Source: the human T2T-CHM13v2.0 reference genome, Homo sapiens. Taken from it: 64,000 nucleotides of DNA. The notes beneath the pieces were generated by a model that had not been told where the DNA came from, did not search any database, and was given only the letters and a program-made list of their open reading frames with translations. The translations under genes were made by a program, and so were the position numbers. Position 1 is the first letter of the stretch. Every line of letters starts with the position of its first letter. Location: assembly GCF_009914755.1 (NCBI RefSeq), contig NC_060934.1. One strand, 5' to 3'. Positions 1 through 15,232 of this stretch are shown here, piece after piece.

Positions 1-947
1 TAAAACTTATAAGTATTTTTTATGTATTCTGGACACAAGACCGTTGTCAGAGGTATATTTTGCAAAAATTTTGTCTTTGTCACAAATATTTTAATTTTCT
101 TAATGATATCTTACCAAAAGAAAATTTTTAAAAAGTAGTTGTAGTCCATTATATCAAATATACATTTTATGATTTTTACTTTTATACATATCATTTTAGA
201 AATAGTTGTCTAAGCCAAGGCCACAAACATTTTTCTTAAATATTTCTGGCAGAAAGTTTATGTTTTCCACTTAAATATTTATATTTATGATCAATATCAA
301 GTAAATTTTTGATGTAGCATGAGATAGATGTTGAGGCTTATTTTAAATATTACTATACAATTGTTTCAGCACCATTTTTTGAAATAATTATATTTCACTT
401 TTGAATTAGTTTGACATTTTAGTCAAAAATAAGATTGACCATATCTAAGTAGATCTATTTTTGGAGTTTCTTTTGTGTTTCATTTGTGCATGTGTCTATT
501 CTTATGCTAATACTAGAGTCCTAATTACTCTATTTTTATATTAATCCTTGTAATGGGTTAGTTTATATCCTCTAGCTTTGTTCATTTTCAAAATAGTTTT
601 GGCTTTTTTTGTCCTTTACATTTCCATTTAAAGTTTATAATTAACATCACATTTTACAACAGATTTCCTTAGTTTTGGTTTGAGTTTGCATTAAATCTAT
701 AAAGGTGGCGAGAATGGTCACCTTAACAGTTTTGAATCATCTAATTTATGAACATAGATAACGCTCAAATTATAAGTATGTTCTTTGCCTTTTGTCTGCA
801 ACATGTTGTAGATAAAGTTGTACAGATTTATTTATATTTCATTTCTCTTTAGTTTTAATAATTCATATCCTTCAAGGATTTTCTTTATTTTAATTGTCAA
901 AATTATTAGAATAAAGTGTTCACAAGTGTTAAATTATAATCTCTCCA
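1..947 (-). mobile_element. Old L1M (ORF2 region) fragment, degenerate
   Basis: T-rich antisense L1 ORF2-like motifs, e.g. ttgtttcagcaccatttttgaaa and tctagctttgttcattttcaaaatagttttggct. Confidence 0.75.
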
Positions 948-1249
948 TTTCTTTTCTTATTTATTTTTTGAGACGGTGTTAGCACTTATTGCCCAAGGTG
1001 GAGTACAATGGCACCATCTGGGCTCACTGCAACCTCTGCCTCCAGCTTCAAGCGATTCTCCTTCCTTAGCCTCCCGAGTAGTTGGGATTACAGGCATGCA
1101 CCACCATGCCCGGCTAATTTTGTATTTTTATTAGAGATAGGGTTTCTCCATGTTGGTCAGGCTGGTCTCGAAGTCCTGACCTCAGGTGATCCGCCCGCCT
1201 CAGCCTCCCAAAGTGCTGGGATTACAGACATGAGCCACCGCACCCAGCC
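948..1249 (-). mobile_element. Alu, AluSp-like
   Basis: Full-length dimer with T tail on +; diagnostic tttctccatgttggtcaggctgg; degenerate TSD tccatttctt / tcaatttctt. Confidence 0.95.
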
Positions 1250-3170
1250 TTCAATTTCTTGAGGATCTGTAGTAATTTATCCTCTCTTATTTCTGTTAGT
1301 CTCTTTGTCTGTCTCTCTCTCTCTCTTTCTCCTTTCTTTCCTCTCTCTGTCTTTTTCTCTTAATTAGTCCAGCTTGAGTTGTATTCATTTGTAGACTTTC
1401 TTTTTCAGAAATAACTTTGGGTTTATTGTTTCTCCTCTATAAATGTTCTGTGTTTTCAATAACAGTGATTTATGTTTGTATCTTTATTATTAATATTTCC
1501 TGGCATGTTTTATAAGTGCCAAATCGAAACTATTGGTTGATGATATTCTATCATCCATATTCTTTTGTGTCATGTCATTCTACCAATTGTTGAAAATAAA
1601 ATGGGGAAACTTCCCACTATATTTGTGGATTTGTCTATTTCTCGTTTCAGTTCTATCTGTATTTTTGTCACATAGGTTGAAGCCCTGGAGTTTGGTTCAT
1701 ACACATATAATATTGCTATATGTTCTTGATGGGTTTTTAAATTTTTAATTATAATGTAATGCCCATATTTTTTCCTAGTAATTTTTTTGTTCCAAGGCCT
1801 AACTTTATAATGCTAATGTAGGCACTACTGCAATTTTTATTAATGTATGCAGAATATATTCTTTTTGCATAATTTTTCTTTTAATGTATGTGTTGCTATT
1901 TTTGAGTTTCTTAAAAAGAGCATATAGTTGGTTATGGTTTTTTTAAACCTCTGTCAAATCTTGTCTGTTAATGTGCATGTTTAGACATTTTAACATTTAA
2001 AGTATATTATACGTATGTATTTGTTATATATCAGTTTACATAAGTGAGGTTTGTTGGTGTCTATATATTATCGGTGATGGAATTTTGAGCTACATAATTC
2101 CATTTAGTTATTTTGTATGACTTGTATCTTTGCTGAGGTCTTCTAAATTCCATGAGATTTCTAAAGCAGTTTTATGATAGTTGTTTTAAAATTCTCCCCC
2201 AAATGACTCCAATTCATCTCCATATTGGCATTCCTTATCTTTTCTCACTAAATTTTAGTTCTCCTGCTTCTTAGTATAATGAGTGATGTTTTATTGTATC
2301 CTGGACATTTTGGTTATTCTGTTAGGTAATTCTTTTTTTCTATCTAAGTCTTCTGTTTTATCAGGAAGTTAGTTTAAGTTTAATGTGTCAGTTCCATTCT
2401 ACTTCTGTGAGCTTTCATTCTCATAAAGTTTAGTTCCCGAACCCTTTCAATGTTATTCTTGGCTGCTCTATTTTCTCATGCTGCTGGAGCTCCTCCTGCT
2501 GAATCCCCCCAACTGGTGCTATCTGCAGGATCACTGGGCAGTCTTCTGGGGTGAAGCTAGAAGCCCCTGAATCTTGTCTTTTTATACTACTGGGTGGAAA
2601 CCAAGCAGACACAGGGGTTTGCTATTGTTGTAGCTGTGAGCAGATGGGGCCACTCTCAGGGCCCTGGATCCAGAATGCAGATTGAATAACTAGGGCTTTA
2701 CTTCTGCAGCTGCTGGGAGATCATAACACCCACCTGGCTTGAGTCATGTAGCAAAGGCTGAGATGGCTGAGGATTCACTGTTTCACTGCTGTTGATGAAT
2801 TTGATCATTAACAGAATCCTCCTTTGTGGAAAATGCTTAACAATCCCCTTAGGTCTCTTGGCTTCTACTCTGCCAGACCTTTGGTCAAAAAGAGCAAGTT
2901 TTACCCTTTTTTTATTCTATGCCTATTGGTTGTTCCTTGCTGCAGGCCTTTCCAATACTTGGAATATAGAGAAAATAAAAAGATATCTCAGGGAACTCAT
3001 CACATTATTATTTCTCAAGTCCTGTAGTGTCTAGCCTGTCTGCCTTCTTTTCAGCTTTCAGAATCCGTTTATTGTTGTCTATTACATAATTTGCAGAGTA
3101 TGTAATTATACCTAGAGAAGAGGAACAGAAAAAAGTGAATCAACACCGTCTTCTTTCTGAAACTTTATTT
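1250..3170 (-). mobile_element. Old L1M continuation (ORF2 5' part, ORF1/5'UTR-like remnants)
   Basis: L1M antisense motifs (gtggatttgtctatttctc, gcatatagttggttatgg); more GC-rich 5'-like segment 2450-3100; boundaries approximate. Confidence 0.6.
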
Positions 3171-3289
3171 ATAGCTGTCATTATAACATATTTTTATATC
3201 ATTCAAAATTAGCAGTGAACCTAGAACATAATACGTGCTTGGAAAGTAAATTATAAGTAAATGAATTAACAAGTTAAGTGGTTGCCTAA

Positions 3290-3365
3290 ATAAAAGGAAA
3301 GAAGAAAGAAAGGAAAGAAGAAGAAAAGAAGTCATGAATGAAGAAAATAGAAAAGGAAAGAAAGA
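3290..3365. repeat. GA-rich low-complexity purine tract
   Basis: aaggaaagaagaaagaaaggaaagaagaagaaaagaa... Confidence 0.8.
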
Positions 3366-4339
3366 TTGCTGTTGTTAATGGACTATTTTAATAACAATGT
3401 TATATATTGGAAAAGACACCAGCCTCACTTGTGTTACTAGCCAATTTATAATTTTGGTAATGAGTTTAAGTTTTATACACCTATATTTTCTAATTTATAA
3501 AATAAAAGGCTCTGATGAAAATTTGTTATCCCTTTCAGTCACGTATGTTCTGGGTCTTAAATAGTCTCTCTGAAAGCCATAATTGATGCTCCATTTAAAA
3601 GTGGTTTGCTATTAAGCTTATAGTTGTAGCTTCTGAGGCAGCATGCAAGCCCTGTGACACAGCTGTGCAGTAGTAGGTAACAGCAGCAAGTCAATTGAAT
3701 TGGTGTAAAACAATAGGAGATTCTGTACATTTTTTTGAAGCAATGGCATATGTAGGGCATGAGTCAAAAAGATTGAGCTGCCAAAAAATGAAAGGCTCAA
3801 CACAGCTTTCACCTGTGAGCAGCTGGTCACATACTTTTGGTTTTCCAAATAAGTTCACATGTTGAGAGAAACCCACCCAGTGATTGTTATCTTTGAACAT
3901 CAAGGACAAACGTGTCATAGTTAATGCCTATCCAACTGTTAATGCAGTCTGTGCCTTTATTGGAACTTCTATTCCCAGTCTAAAGGATATTTCATTTAAC
4001 TGATATACTTTGCCTTGTTGATGTTCCATTAGCACCTAACCTTTTTATGTAAGAAGTCACTAGGGATATGCTGAGGGTGCATATGTTTATTCTCTTGACC
4101 CAAACTTAACTAAGGAACTTATATAAAGAGTGTTAAACAAATTTCAGAATTCAGAATAAAATTTTCAATAAAGAAAATGTATAAATGTGACATTAAAACA
4201 TTTTGCTAGAGGCATAGCTATGTACACTATCCTTCATAGATATATAGTATGCTTCATGAGTATATATGGCACCATGGTTGCTCTTCAGATGCAAGCTGGA
4301 AGACTGTTCAGGGTTAATATTTTGAGAGCTTTCTATAAT

Positions 4340-4930
4340 CCCTTCCCTAAAGATAAGTAGAGCTTTCTAAAATGTAAATCTGGTTGTATATTTTCATTGC
4401 TTTAAGTCTTTCCATGCATATTTATTAAACATCTAGTGTGTGCAACACACTGTACTAATGTGGAGAATATGGTATAGAGTGTGAATAAAACAGATAAAAA
4501 AGTTACAGTCTATTAAGTGAATGCTTGAGACACCAAACTCTCTTAACAATTTTTTAGTTCCTACATGTTAATGACTGTTTATGACTTTTAAAAATGTTTT
4601 CCTATTTATTTTCCCCTCCTCACTTTCCCATTTTCCTCTACCTATATCCCCCTACCCTAAAGTAAAACTTGCTTTCGGTTGCCCTTAACCTTTGTCATAT
4701 GCTCTTCCTTTTGACTGAAATATCATGTCATCAAAACCTGCATACTTATGTGAAAAATACCACTCATTTTCCATCCCTTGCTTTGATATCAGTTCTGAAA
4801 GTCCTTTCCTGGTGATCCTGACAGCCACTGGACGTTATCTAAATGCTGCTTCTCTACTTTCCCATACCACTGTCTATATACTGTCTTACAGTGGCTCTTA
4901 TTACATAGTTGTAAACAATATTATATAGCC
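4340..4930. mobile_element. L2 fragments (plus-strand L2 with a minus-strand L2 3' end at about 4415-4510)
   Basis: ctttctaaaatgtaaatctggttg and cctttgtcatatgctcttcc (L2 +); atatttattaaacatctagtgtgtgcaacacactgtacta (L2 3' end, -). Confidence 0.55.
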
Positions 4931-4964
4931 ATATTTAGGTTTTCATGGATTTAGAACATTTTAA

Positions 4965-7110
4965 AACGTTGCCAATTGTGGTAAAATATGTAACATGAAA
5001 TCTATCTTTTAAAATGTTTACATGTACAGTACATAATTGTTAACTATATGAACATGGTTGTATAGCAGGTCTGTAGATATTTTTCATCTTTCATGACTAA
5101 AGCTCTATACTCATTGAACGGCATATTCTCATTTCCCCTCTCCCCCTAACCCTAGGCAACTACAATCCCACTTTCTTTTTCTAAGAGTTTGAGACTTTAG
5201 ATACCTTACATAAATGGAGTCATGAAATATTTGCATTTCTGTGACCATTTCATTTCACGTAGTATAATATGTCAGTGTTCATTCCTATGATGACATATGA
5301 AAAGATTCTCTTAGTTTTTAAAGAGTAGATAATATACCACTGTGTGTCATTTTCTTTATCCATTCATCCATCAATGGACATTTAAATCCTTTTCAACTCT
5401 TGGCTACTGTGAATAATGCTGCAATGAACATTAAAGTGCAGATATATTCCATTCAAGGTTCTGATTTCAATTCTTTTGGATAAATATCTGAAAGTATGAA
5501 GGCTGAATCATATGGTAGCTCTACTTTTTAATTTCTTTGGGGAAACTCCATAATGTTTTCGATAGCAGCTGGACCGGTATGAATTCCCACTGATGGGCTT
5601 CTAATTTCTCCACATCCTCATCAACACTTGTTATTTATGACTTTTTTCCCTTTTGTATTTTATTTTTATAATGACCATACATGTTAAGGTATGAGGTGAT
5701 AAATTATTATGGTTTTATTTAGATTTCCATGATTAGTGGTACTGAGCATCTTTTTATATGCTGATTGGCCATTTGTATTTCTTCTTCGGAGAAGTGTCTA
5801 TTGAAATTCTTTGACCATTTTTTAATTGGATCATTTGTTTTTATGTTGGGTTATTGGAGCACCTCATGTATTTTGGTATTAACCCCTATATCAGATATTT
5901 GCATTCCATACATTGGCTTTTCACTCTGTTGACTGTTTTCTTATCAGTGCAGAAACCTTTTAAGTTTAATTTATTCCCACTTGTCTATTTTGCTTTAGTT
6001 ACTTGTGTTTTTGGTGTTATATCTAATAAATTGTTGACATAACCAATGTTATAAAGATTTTCCCTTACGTTTTCTTCTAAGAATTTTAAAATTCCAGATC
6101 TTACACTTAAGTCTTTAATCCATTTTCATTTGACTTTTGTGTAGTTTGTAAGATAGAGGTCCACTTTTATTTTACATGTGGATATCTAGCTTTTCCAACA
6201 CCATTTGTTAAAGAGGCTATCATTTCCTCATCGTGTAGTTTTGGCACCTTTGTCAGGGATCATTTGATTGTACAGACGTGTTTATTTCTAGGAACTCTAT
6301 TCTGTTTCATTGGTCTAAATTTCTGTCCTTATGCCAGTTTCACATTGACTTGGTTACTTTAGTTTTGTAATAGGTTTTGAAGCCACAAACTGAGGCCTTC
6401 GGCTTAGTTCTTTCTCGAGATTTTTTTTTTTTTTTAACTCTTCAGGGACTTTTCTGGTTGCATATGATTATAGGATTGTTTTCTCTATTTCTGAAGAAAA
6501 AAATGCTGTTGAGATTTTTATTGGGATAGTATTCAATCTGTAGAACACTTTGGGTTATATGAAAATATTAACAAGATTAGGTTTTCCAGTCTATGAATAT
6601 GAGGTGTCTTTCCATTTACTTGCGTCTTCTATAATTTATTTTAGCAAACTTTTGTAGTTTTCAGTGTACAAGTCTTTTACCTCCTTGGTTAAGTTTATTC
6701 CAAAGTATTTTATAAATCTTGATGCTATTATAAATTTTCTTTTCAAATTGTTTAGTTGGTGTAAATAAACACCACTCATTTTTGTATGTTATTTTTATAC
6801 TGCAGCTTTGCTGAATTTATTAGTTCTAACAATTTTTTGGTGGAATCATTAGGGATTTCTTCATATATGATTATGTCATCTGTGAACAGACATAATTTTA
6901 TTCTTATTTTCTGATTTGGGTTATTTATTTATTTTTCTTGCCACATTTCTCTTTCTAGGACTTCCAGTACTATGTTAAATAGAAGTGGTGATAGAAGGCA
7001 TCCTTGTCTTATTCCTAACCTTATAGGAAGAGCCGTATGTTTTGCACCATTGAAGGTGATGTTACTGTAGGATTTTCATATATGGCTTTTATTATGTTGA
7101 GGTTTTTCCT
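4965..7110 (-). mobile_element. L1MA10/L1MB1-like element, 3'UTR and distal ORF2
   Basis: Typical antisense 3' end aattgtggtaaaatatgtaacatgaaatct...ttagataccttacataaatggagtcatg, then continuous ORF2 homology. Confidence 0.85.
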
Positions 7111-9580
7111 CATCTATTGATATAATCATGTGTTTTCATTTTTAATTCTGTTCATGTGCTAAATCACATTTATTGATTTGTGTACATTAAACCAACCTTG
7201 CATCCCAAGAATGAAGCCTACTTAGTCACAGCAAATTAACTTTTTAATGTGCGGTTTAATTTGGTTGGCTAATATTTTGTTAAGGATTTTTACATCTATG
7301 TTCATCAGGGATATTGGCCTATAGTTTTTGTTGTTGTTGTTTGTGTCTTGCCAGGTTTTTGTATCAGGGTGATGATGGCTTCATAGAATGAGTTAGGGAG
7401 GAGTCCCTCCATCTTGATTTTTGGGTAATAGTTTCAGTAGAATTAGTACCAGCTCTTCTTTGTATGTCTAACAGAATTTGGCTGTGAATCTTTCTTGTCT
7501 GGTGCTTTTTTTGGCCTGTAGAATTTTTATTACTATTTCAATTCCAGGCTTGATATTGATCTGTTCATTGGTTCAATTTCTTCCTGATTTAATCTTGGGA
7601 GATTGCACATTTCCAAAATTTATTCATTTTCTCTAGTTTTTCTAGTTTGTGTTCATAGAGGTGTTCATAATAGTCTCTGAGAAACTTTTGTATTTCTGTA
7701 GGATCAGTTGTAATGTCACCTTTGTCATTTCTGATTGTTCTTATTTGACTCTTCTCTTTTTTCTTTGTTAATCTAGCTGGAGGTCTATCAGTCTTGTTTA
7801 TCCTTTGAAAAATACAACTTTTGGTTTCATTGACTCTTTGTATGGATTTTCATTGACGCTTTGTATGGATGAAATCATTTCTGCTCTGATTTTAATTATT
7901 GCTTTTTTTTTCCCTAGCTTAGGGGTGAGTTTGTTCTTGTTTTTATAGTTCTTCTAGGTTTGATGTTAGATTGTTAATGTGACATCTTTCTACTTTTTGA
8001 GGTTGGCATTAGTGCTATAAACATTACTCTTAACACTGCTTCTCTGCATCCCACAGATTTTGGTATGTTATGTCTCTGCTTTCATTTATTTCAAATATTT
8101 TTTATTTCTTCTTTGATGTTATTTGTTGGCCTAAAAGTCACTGAGGAGCAAGTTGTTTAATTTCCATGTAATTGTATGGTTTTGAGCCTCTTAGTATTGA
8201 TCACAATTTTTATTCCACTGTGGTTCCAGCAGATGGTTTGTATGATTTTCATTTTTTTAATTTACTGAGACTTGATTTATTGCCAAGCATGTGGTTGATC
8301 TTGGAGTAGGTTCTATGTGCAGATGATAAGAATCTGTATAATGTGGTTGAGGAGCAGAACATTCTGTACATGTCTATTAGGTCCAGTTTGTCAAGTTTCA
8401 AGTTTAAGTCTAGAAATTTTTAGTAGTTTCAGCCTCAATAATCTGTCTAATGCTGTCAGCAGGGTGTTGAAGTCCCTGATTATTATTATGTGGCTACCTA
8501 ATTCTTTTCATAGGCCTAGAAGTACTTGTTTTATGAATCTGGGTTCTCCAACATTGGGTACATATATATTTATGATAATTAAATCTTCTTATTCAATTGA
8601 AACCTTTTTTGTTATGTAATGCCGTTCTTTGTCCTTTTTTACTGTAGCTGATTTAAAGTCTGTTTTCTCTGATACGAGAATAGTGACTCCTGCTCTTTTT
8701 GTTTTTCATTTGCAAGGTAAATCTTTCTCCAACGCTTTACTTTCAGCCCATGTGTGTCATTACCTGTGAGATGGGTCTCTTGAAGAGAGCAATTAGATAG
8801 GTTTTGTTTTTTTATTCACCTTGCCACTCTGTGGCTTTTAAGTGGGGCATTCAGATTGTTCACATATAAGGTAATATTGGTATGTGAGGTTTTGATCCTA
8901 TCATAAAGTTGTTAGCTTGCTGCTTTGCAGTTTCTATTGTGTGGTGGCTTTACAGGGTCTTCAGGCTATGTACCTAGGTTTGTTTTTGTGGTAGTGGTTA
9001 TTGTTATTTTGTTTCCATGTTTAGAACTCCCTTAAGGATGTCCTGTAATACTGGACTTGTGGCAATGAAAACCTTTAGCACTTGCTTTTCTGGAAAATAT
9101 TTTTATTTCACCTTCTCCTATGAAGCTTAGTTTGGCAGGATATGAAATTTTTGGTTGGAATTTCTTTTCTTTAAGAATGCTGAAAATAGGCCCCCAATTT
9201 TTCCTGGCCTGTAAGGTTTCTGCTGAGTTGGCCAGTTTTAGCCTGATGAGACTCCCTTTGTATGTGATCTGAGATGTTTCCCTAGCTTCCTTTTAATAAT
9301 TTTTCTATGGCAGTGAACTTGGATAGTCCAGTGACCATGTGCCTTGATTATGTTCCTTTTGTAGAGTATCTGACAAAGGTTCTCTGGATTTCTTGTATGT
9401 GGATGTCTAACTCTCTGGCCAGATTAGGGAAATTTCCTTGAATTATTTCCTCAAATATGTTTTCTAGGTTGTTTAATTTTTCTCTTTTTCTCTTAGGAAT
9501 GCCAATAATTTGTAAGTTTGGTCACTTTACTTAATCTCATATTCCTCAGAAACCTTGTTCGTTTTTAAAAATTCTTTTGT
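7111..9580 (-). mobile_element. L1PA15/16 (L1PREC2)-like internal segment: proximal ORF2 plus ORF1 3' half
   Basis: ORF2 start ATG ATA GGA TCA AAA CCT CAC ATA (MIGSKPHI) at 8904 on -; short inter-ORF spacer; primate-type ORF1 end. Confidence 0.75.
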
Positions 9581-10043
9581 GGTATTGGCATTTACCACTG
9601 AAAACTTATTATCTTTTTACTACTTTTGCTGTATCTCATGTATTTTGGTATGTTCTGTTTCTAATTAGTTACCCCAAAATATTTTCTAATTTCACTTTTG
9701 ATTTCTTCCTTGTCCCATTGGTTGTTTGAGAGTGTGTTATTTAATTTCCATGTATGTGGCTTTTTTAGTATTTTTTTTTGCTGTTGATTTATAGTTTCAC
9801 TCGATTCTGATTGGAAGATACACTTAGTATGATTTAAAACTTTTAAAATTTGTTAGTACTTGCTTTATGACCTATCAAATAATTAATCCTGTAAAACATT
9901 CTGTGTATGCTTGACAAGACTGTGTACTGTCTTGCTTTTGGGTAAAATATTCTCTATATGTTCATAAGGTTAATTTGGTCTATATTTTATTCATGTCCTC
10001 TGTTTCCTTGTTGAATTTTTCTCTATATGTTCATCAGTTTTTT
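9581..10043 (-). mobile_element. Host L1M ORF2 resumes
   Basis: ggcatttaccactgaaaac...ttttgctgtatctcatgtattttggtatgtt repeats the ORF2 segment already seen at about 8000-8090, but more diverged. Confidence 0.7.
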
Positions 10044-11705
<1,662 letters not shown>

Positions 11706-11722
11706 ATGTTCATCAGTTTTTT

Positions 11723-13385
11723 AAAGTAGGGTGTAGAAATTGCCTATTATTTTTGCATTGCTTTCTATTTCTCCCTTTAGTTCTGTCACTATTTAAAAAA
11801 TGTGTATTTGGGTCCTCTGATATTTGATGCATATATGTTTAAAATTATTTTATTTTCCTGGTTAATGGACCATTTCATGATTATATAATGTTATTGTTTG
11901 TGTTTTATGACAGTTTTTATTTAAAGTCTATTTTATCTGATTTTAATTGTGCTCACTCACCCCATACTCTTTTTGTTATTATTTTCATGGAATATTTTGT
12001 ACCATTTTAATGGACTCCTTCTAAGTCTTTCATATTGCATATATTGTTCCCCTTAATGGTGTACCAGAAGTCCCACTTTGTATGTATGTATGTGTATATG
12101 TATGTATGTATTTATTTATTTTTGCATATGTGACTGGATAATTTCAAATGACCTTTCTTTTAGCTTGCAGATTTTTTCTTCTGCTTGACTAAGTCTGGGG
12201 TTGAGCCTCTCTATGAATTTTTTATTTCAGTTATTGTGTTCTTAGGCTTTAAAAGTTATGATTTTTTAAAAAAAAGTTTTGTCTCCTGTTTGATATTCTC
12301 ATTCGTTGTTTGTTTGCTAAGCCCATTGGGCATCTCTACAACTGTTACTTTGAATTCTTTGTCAGGTAGTTAATATGCCTCAATTTTTCTTAGGATCAGT
12401 TTCTGGAGATCCATTTCGTTCCTTTGATTAGATCATGTTTTCTGTTTTACTCTATGCCTTTAATTTTGTGTTGGGACCCACACATTTGAAATAACAGCCA
12501 CCTCTTCCATTCTTTCTGGTTTCATACTAGGAAACACTTATGCAATCAGCCTGGCTAAAGATTCTAGCAGCCTTTCCAGTCTTTTCTGGGTATGTGTCTT
12601 CTCTGGGACTATGAATGCAAATTAGCAATTGGAAAGTTTTCCTTGTTTCTTTTTCAGGAGATTGTAGTATCTTGGACCTTCTGGTGTCTATCTCTGGTAT
12701 TGCAGGTTATTTGACTAACTCCAGCTGCTGAGCTGTTTTATACTCAGCATACCCCTAGGTATCTAAGGTATGCTTGTTCTGTCAGTGCTCTGAGTCAGTG
12801 AGGCTGAAATCAGTCCCTCTCACAGCTCACTGAAAAACTATAGAATTAGATACATATTCCATTCTTTTCTTTCCCAGGGGAGAAGCCATTACTTAGTCTC
12901 TTAATCCTGAAGTAGTGAGTTGTGCTGGTTTTTGTCTGTGGTTTGTGTGTTTTTTTGGTGTGGTTTTCATTGTGTTCTCTCATGCTATCTATCACAAGCC
13001 ACTGAGCTCTCTTGTTCTCTATGGGCCAAGGCATTTAAGGTATGATGGTTACCCATCAGTGCTCTGAATCACATGAGACAGAAATTAGTCCCTCAGACAG
13101 CACACCAAAAATCTGGAACATTCTACTCTTCCTTTTACTTTCTGAGAGAAGCCAGAAGTTGGTCTCTTTCTCCTAGTTATGCCAGACTTGGAGAGAAGCT
13201 GACACAGTCAAAATGGCTCTTTGTACCCATTTCAATGTGTTTGTTTTTGGTTTGGAGCTCGCATCACCCTGATTTCAGGAATTCTTATAAAGACTTTTTG
13301 GACCATATGTTGTTTTAAGTTGGAGTTTTGGTGGAGAAACAAGATTTTTGGATTACTATTCAGCTATCTTGCTGACATCACTTCT
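11723..13385 (-). mobile_element. Host L1M 5' portion (ORF2 EN remnant, partial ORF1, 5'UTR to the 5' end)
   Basis: Ends in ctatcttgctgacatcacttc, reverse complement of an L1M 5' terminus GAAGTGAYGTCAGCAAGATRG. Confidence 0.75.
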
Positions 13386-13631
13386 GGGTTTTGATCATCT
13401 TGTGCAACATAGGTACCATAGATTTGGTACTCAACAAATATCTATAGAATCTGAATAAACTACTCTCAATTCAGGCTTATAATATTAAACTTGCTTCTAA
13501 ATGACATCAAAATGCTTAGCTTTGTGAAGACATCCATGGCCTTGGCAGAGTTGTTCATTTGTCTTCAAGACTGTGGGTTTCAGGGCATAGTGTCTATGCA
13601 TATTCAACCGATAAAACAACAAAGCCGTAAG

Positions 13632-13840
13632 TAATGTTCTCTGATAGAATTTTCTCCAGTGATGAACATGTTTATTTCTGCTATCCAAAAAGATTGCCAG
13701 AAGCCATATGTGGCTTGTGAGCACTTGAAATGTGGCTAGTGTGACTGATAGAATTTTAAATTTAACTTAAATTTAGTTTTTTGAAAACTGAATTTTAAAT
13801 AAGCGCGTGTGGCTAATCATTACCATGCTGGACAGTGCAA
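13632..13840 (+). mobile_element. MER3 (hAT-Charlie) DNA transposon
   Basis: agccatatgtggcttgtgagcacttgaaatgtggctagtgtgactga...tggacagtgca. Confidence 0.85.
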
Positions 13841-14409
13841 CTCTAAAAAACTTGAGAGCTATTATGTCTCTAAAAATGTATTTTGAAAATATTTATGCTA
13901 TAACATTTTCTCTTTTCTCATTGTGAGAAGGAACCTACAGTCATGCCATATCATTGTGTTGACTTGACAATAAGTTTCTGCCTGCTACCAGACCCAGTTT
14001 TTTTTTTGTTTGTTTTGCTTGGTTTTGTTTTCTTTATTCTTTTTTTTTTATTTTGGACATTTTCTTGGCTGTATGTATGCATCCATAAAACAGATAATGA
14101 CTCAATTTTATTGTTAATGTTATTATTCCATGGCATTTAAAAATTATATCAAATAAATAGTATGCATTTATTTAGATCAAATAATACTACAAAGTTTAAA
14201 AAAGAAGTGAGATATTTTTCTGGCCACCACTTTATCGCACTCCTGAGTTATGCTCTTTGAAACAACTACTTTGAACTTTTACAGCTATTTCTCCTGATAT
14301 TTCCCTTCATACATGTAAAATATGATTAAACCTATTTTTCAGATATAAAGAATATTCTGTATCCATGTATGGCAGATAAGGATCCAAATTTCTTTTATTA
14401 CGCCACTGT

Positions 14410-14410
<1 letters not shown>

Positions 14411-14452
<42 letters not shown>

Positions 14453-14457
14453 CACAT
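14411..14457. repeat. (CA)n microsatellite
   Basis: Direct reading. Confidence 0.95.
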
Positions 14458-14854
14458 AATATAGTCATATTGTAATTTTAGTCAAATTAAATTTTAGTAA
14501 TTTACATGCACAAATTTATGCAAATAATTTTTACAACTGAGGCAGGATTTAGGGGAGAAAATGCCTATCATTTACACTTGATTTTCTCTTTCATGTGAGC
14601 ACTCCTGCTTCCTTTTTGCCTCCTCTCCTTATTCACTCCAGAGAAGTTGGGGTTATCAATCTAATTAATGAATTTGGTAGAAACAACAGGAAGATCTGAC
14701 TATGCCTCTTTCTCTCATGTCTTCCCATTAAAAATTAACTTGCTTATGAATTGCTAATTCTGTAGAATTCAGCACTGGATCTTGATCAATTAAATGGGGG
14801 TCATAGACTTTGGCAAAGTTTTAGGGTTTGGAAAACCTCTTACAGCTATACAAG

Positions 14855-15232
14855 TGATATAATTTGGCTCTGTGTCCCCATCGAGATCTCATCTCAAATT
14901 GTAATCCCCATATGTCAAGGGAGGGACCTGGTGGGAAGTGATTGGATCATGGAGGCAGTTTCCCCCATGCTAGTCTCATGATAGTGAGTGAGTTCTCATG
15001 AGATCTGATGGTATAAAAGTATGTGGCTTTCTTCACTCTCTCTCTCTCTCCTGCTGCCATGTAAGACATGCCTTGTTTACCCCTTTGCCTTCTGCCATGA
15101 TTTTAAGTTTCTTGAAGTCTTTCCAGAAGCAGAAGCCTGTGCAACCCACAGAATAGTGAGTTAATTAAACTTCTTAATTTATAACCCTGTCTCAGGTATG
15201 TCTTTATAGAAGTGTGAGAATGAACCAATACA
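14855..15232 (+). mobile_element. MaLR solo LTR, MSTA/THE1D-like, apparently inserted in a MIR
   Basis: TG...CA termini: tgatataatttggctctgtgtcccc ... gtgtgagaatgaaccaataca; MIR-like gcacatagtgagttcttaata follows. Confidence 0.9.
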
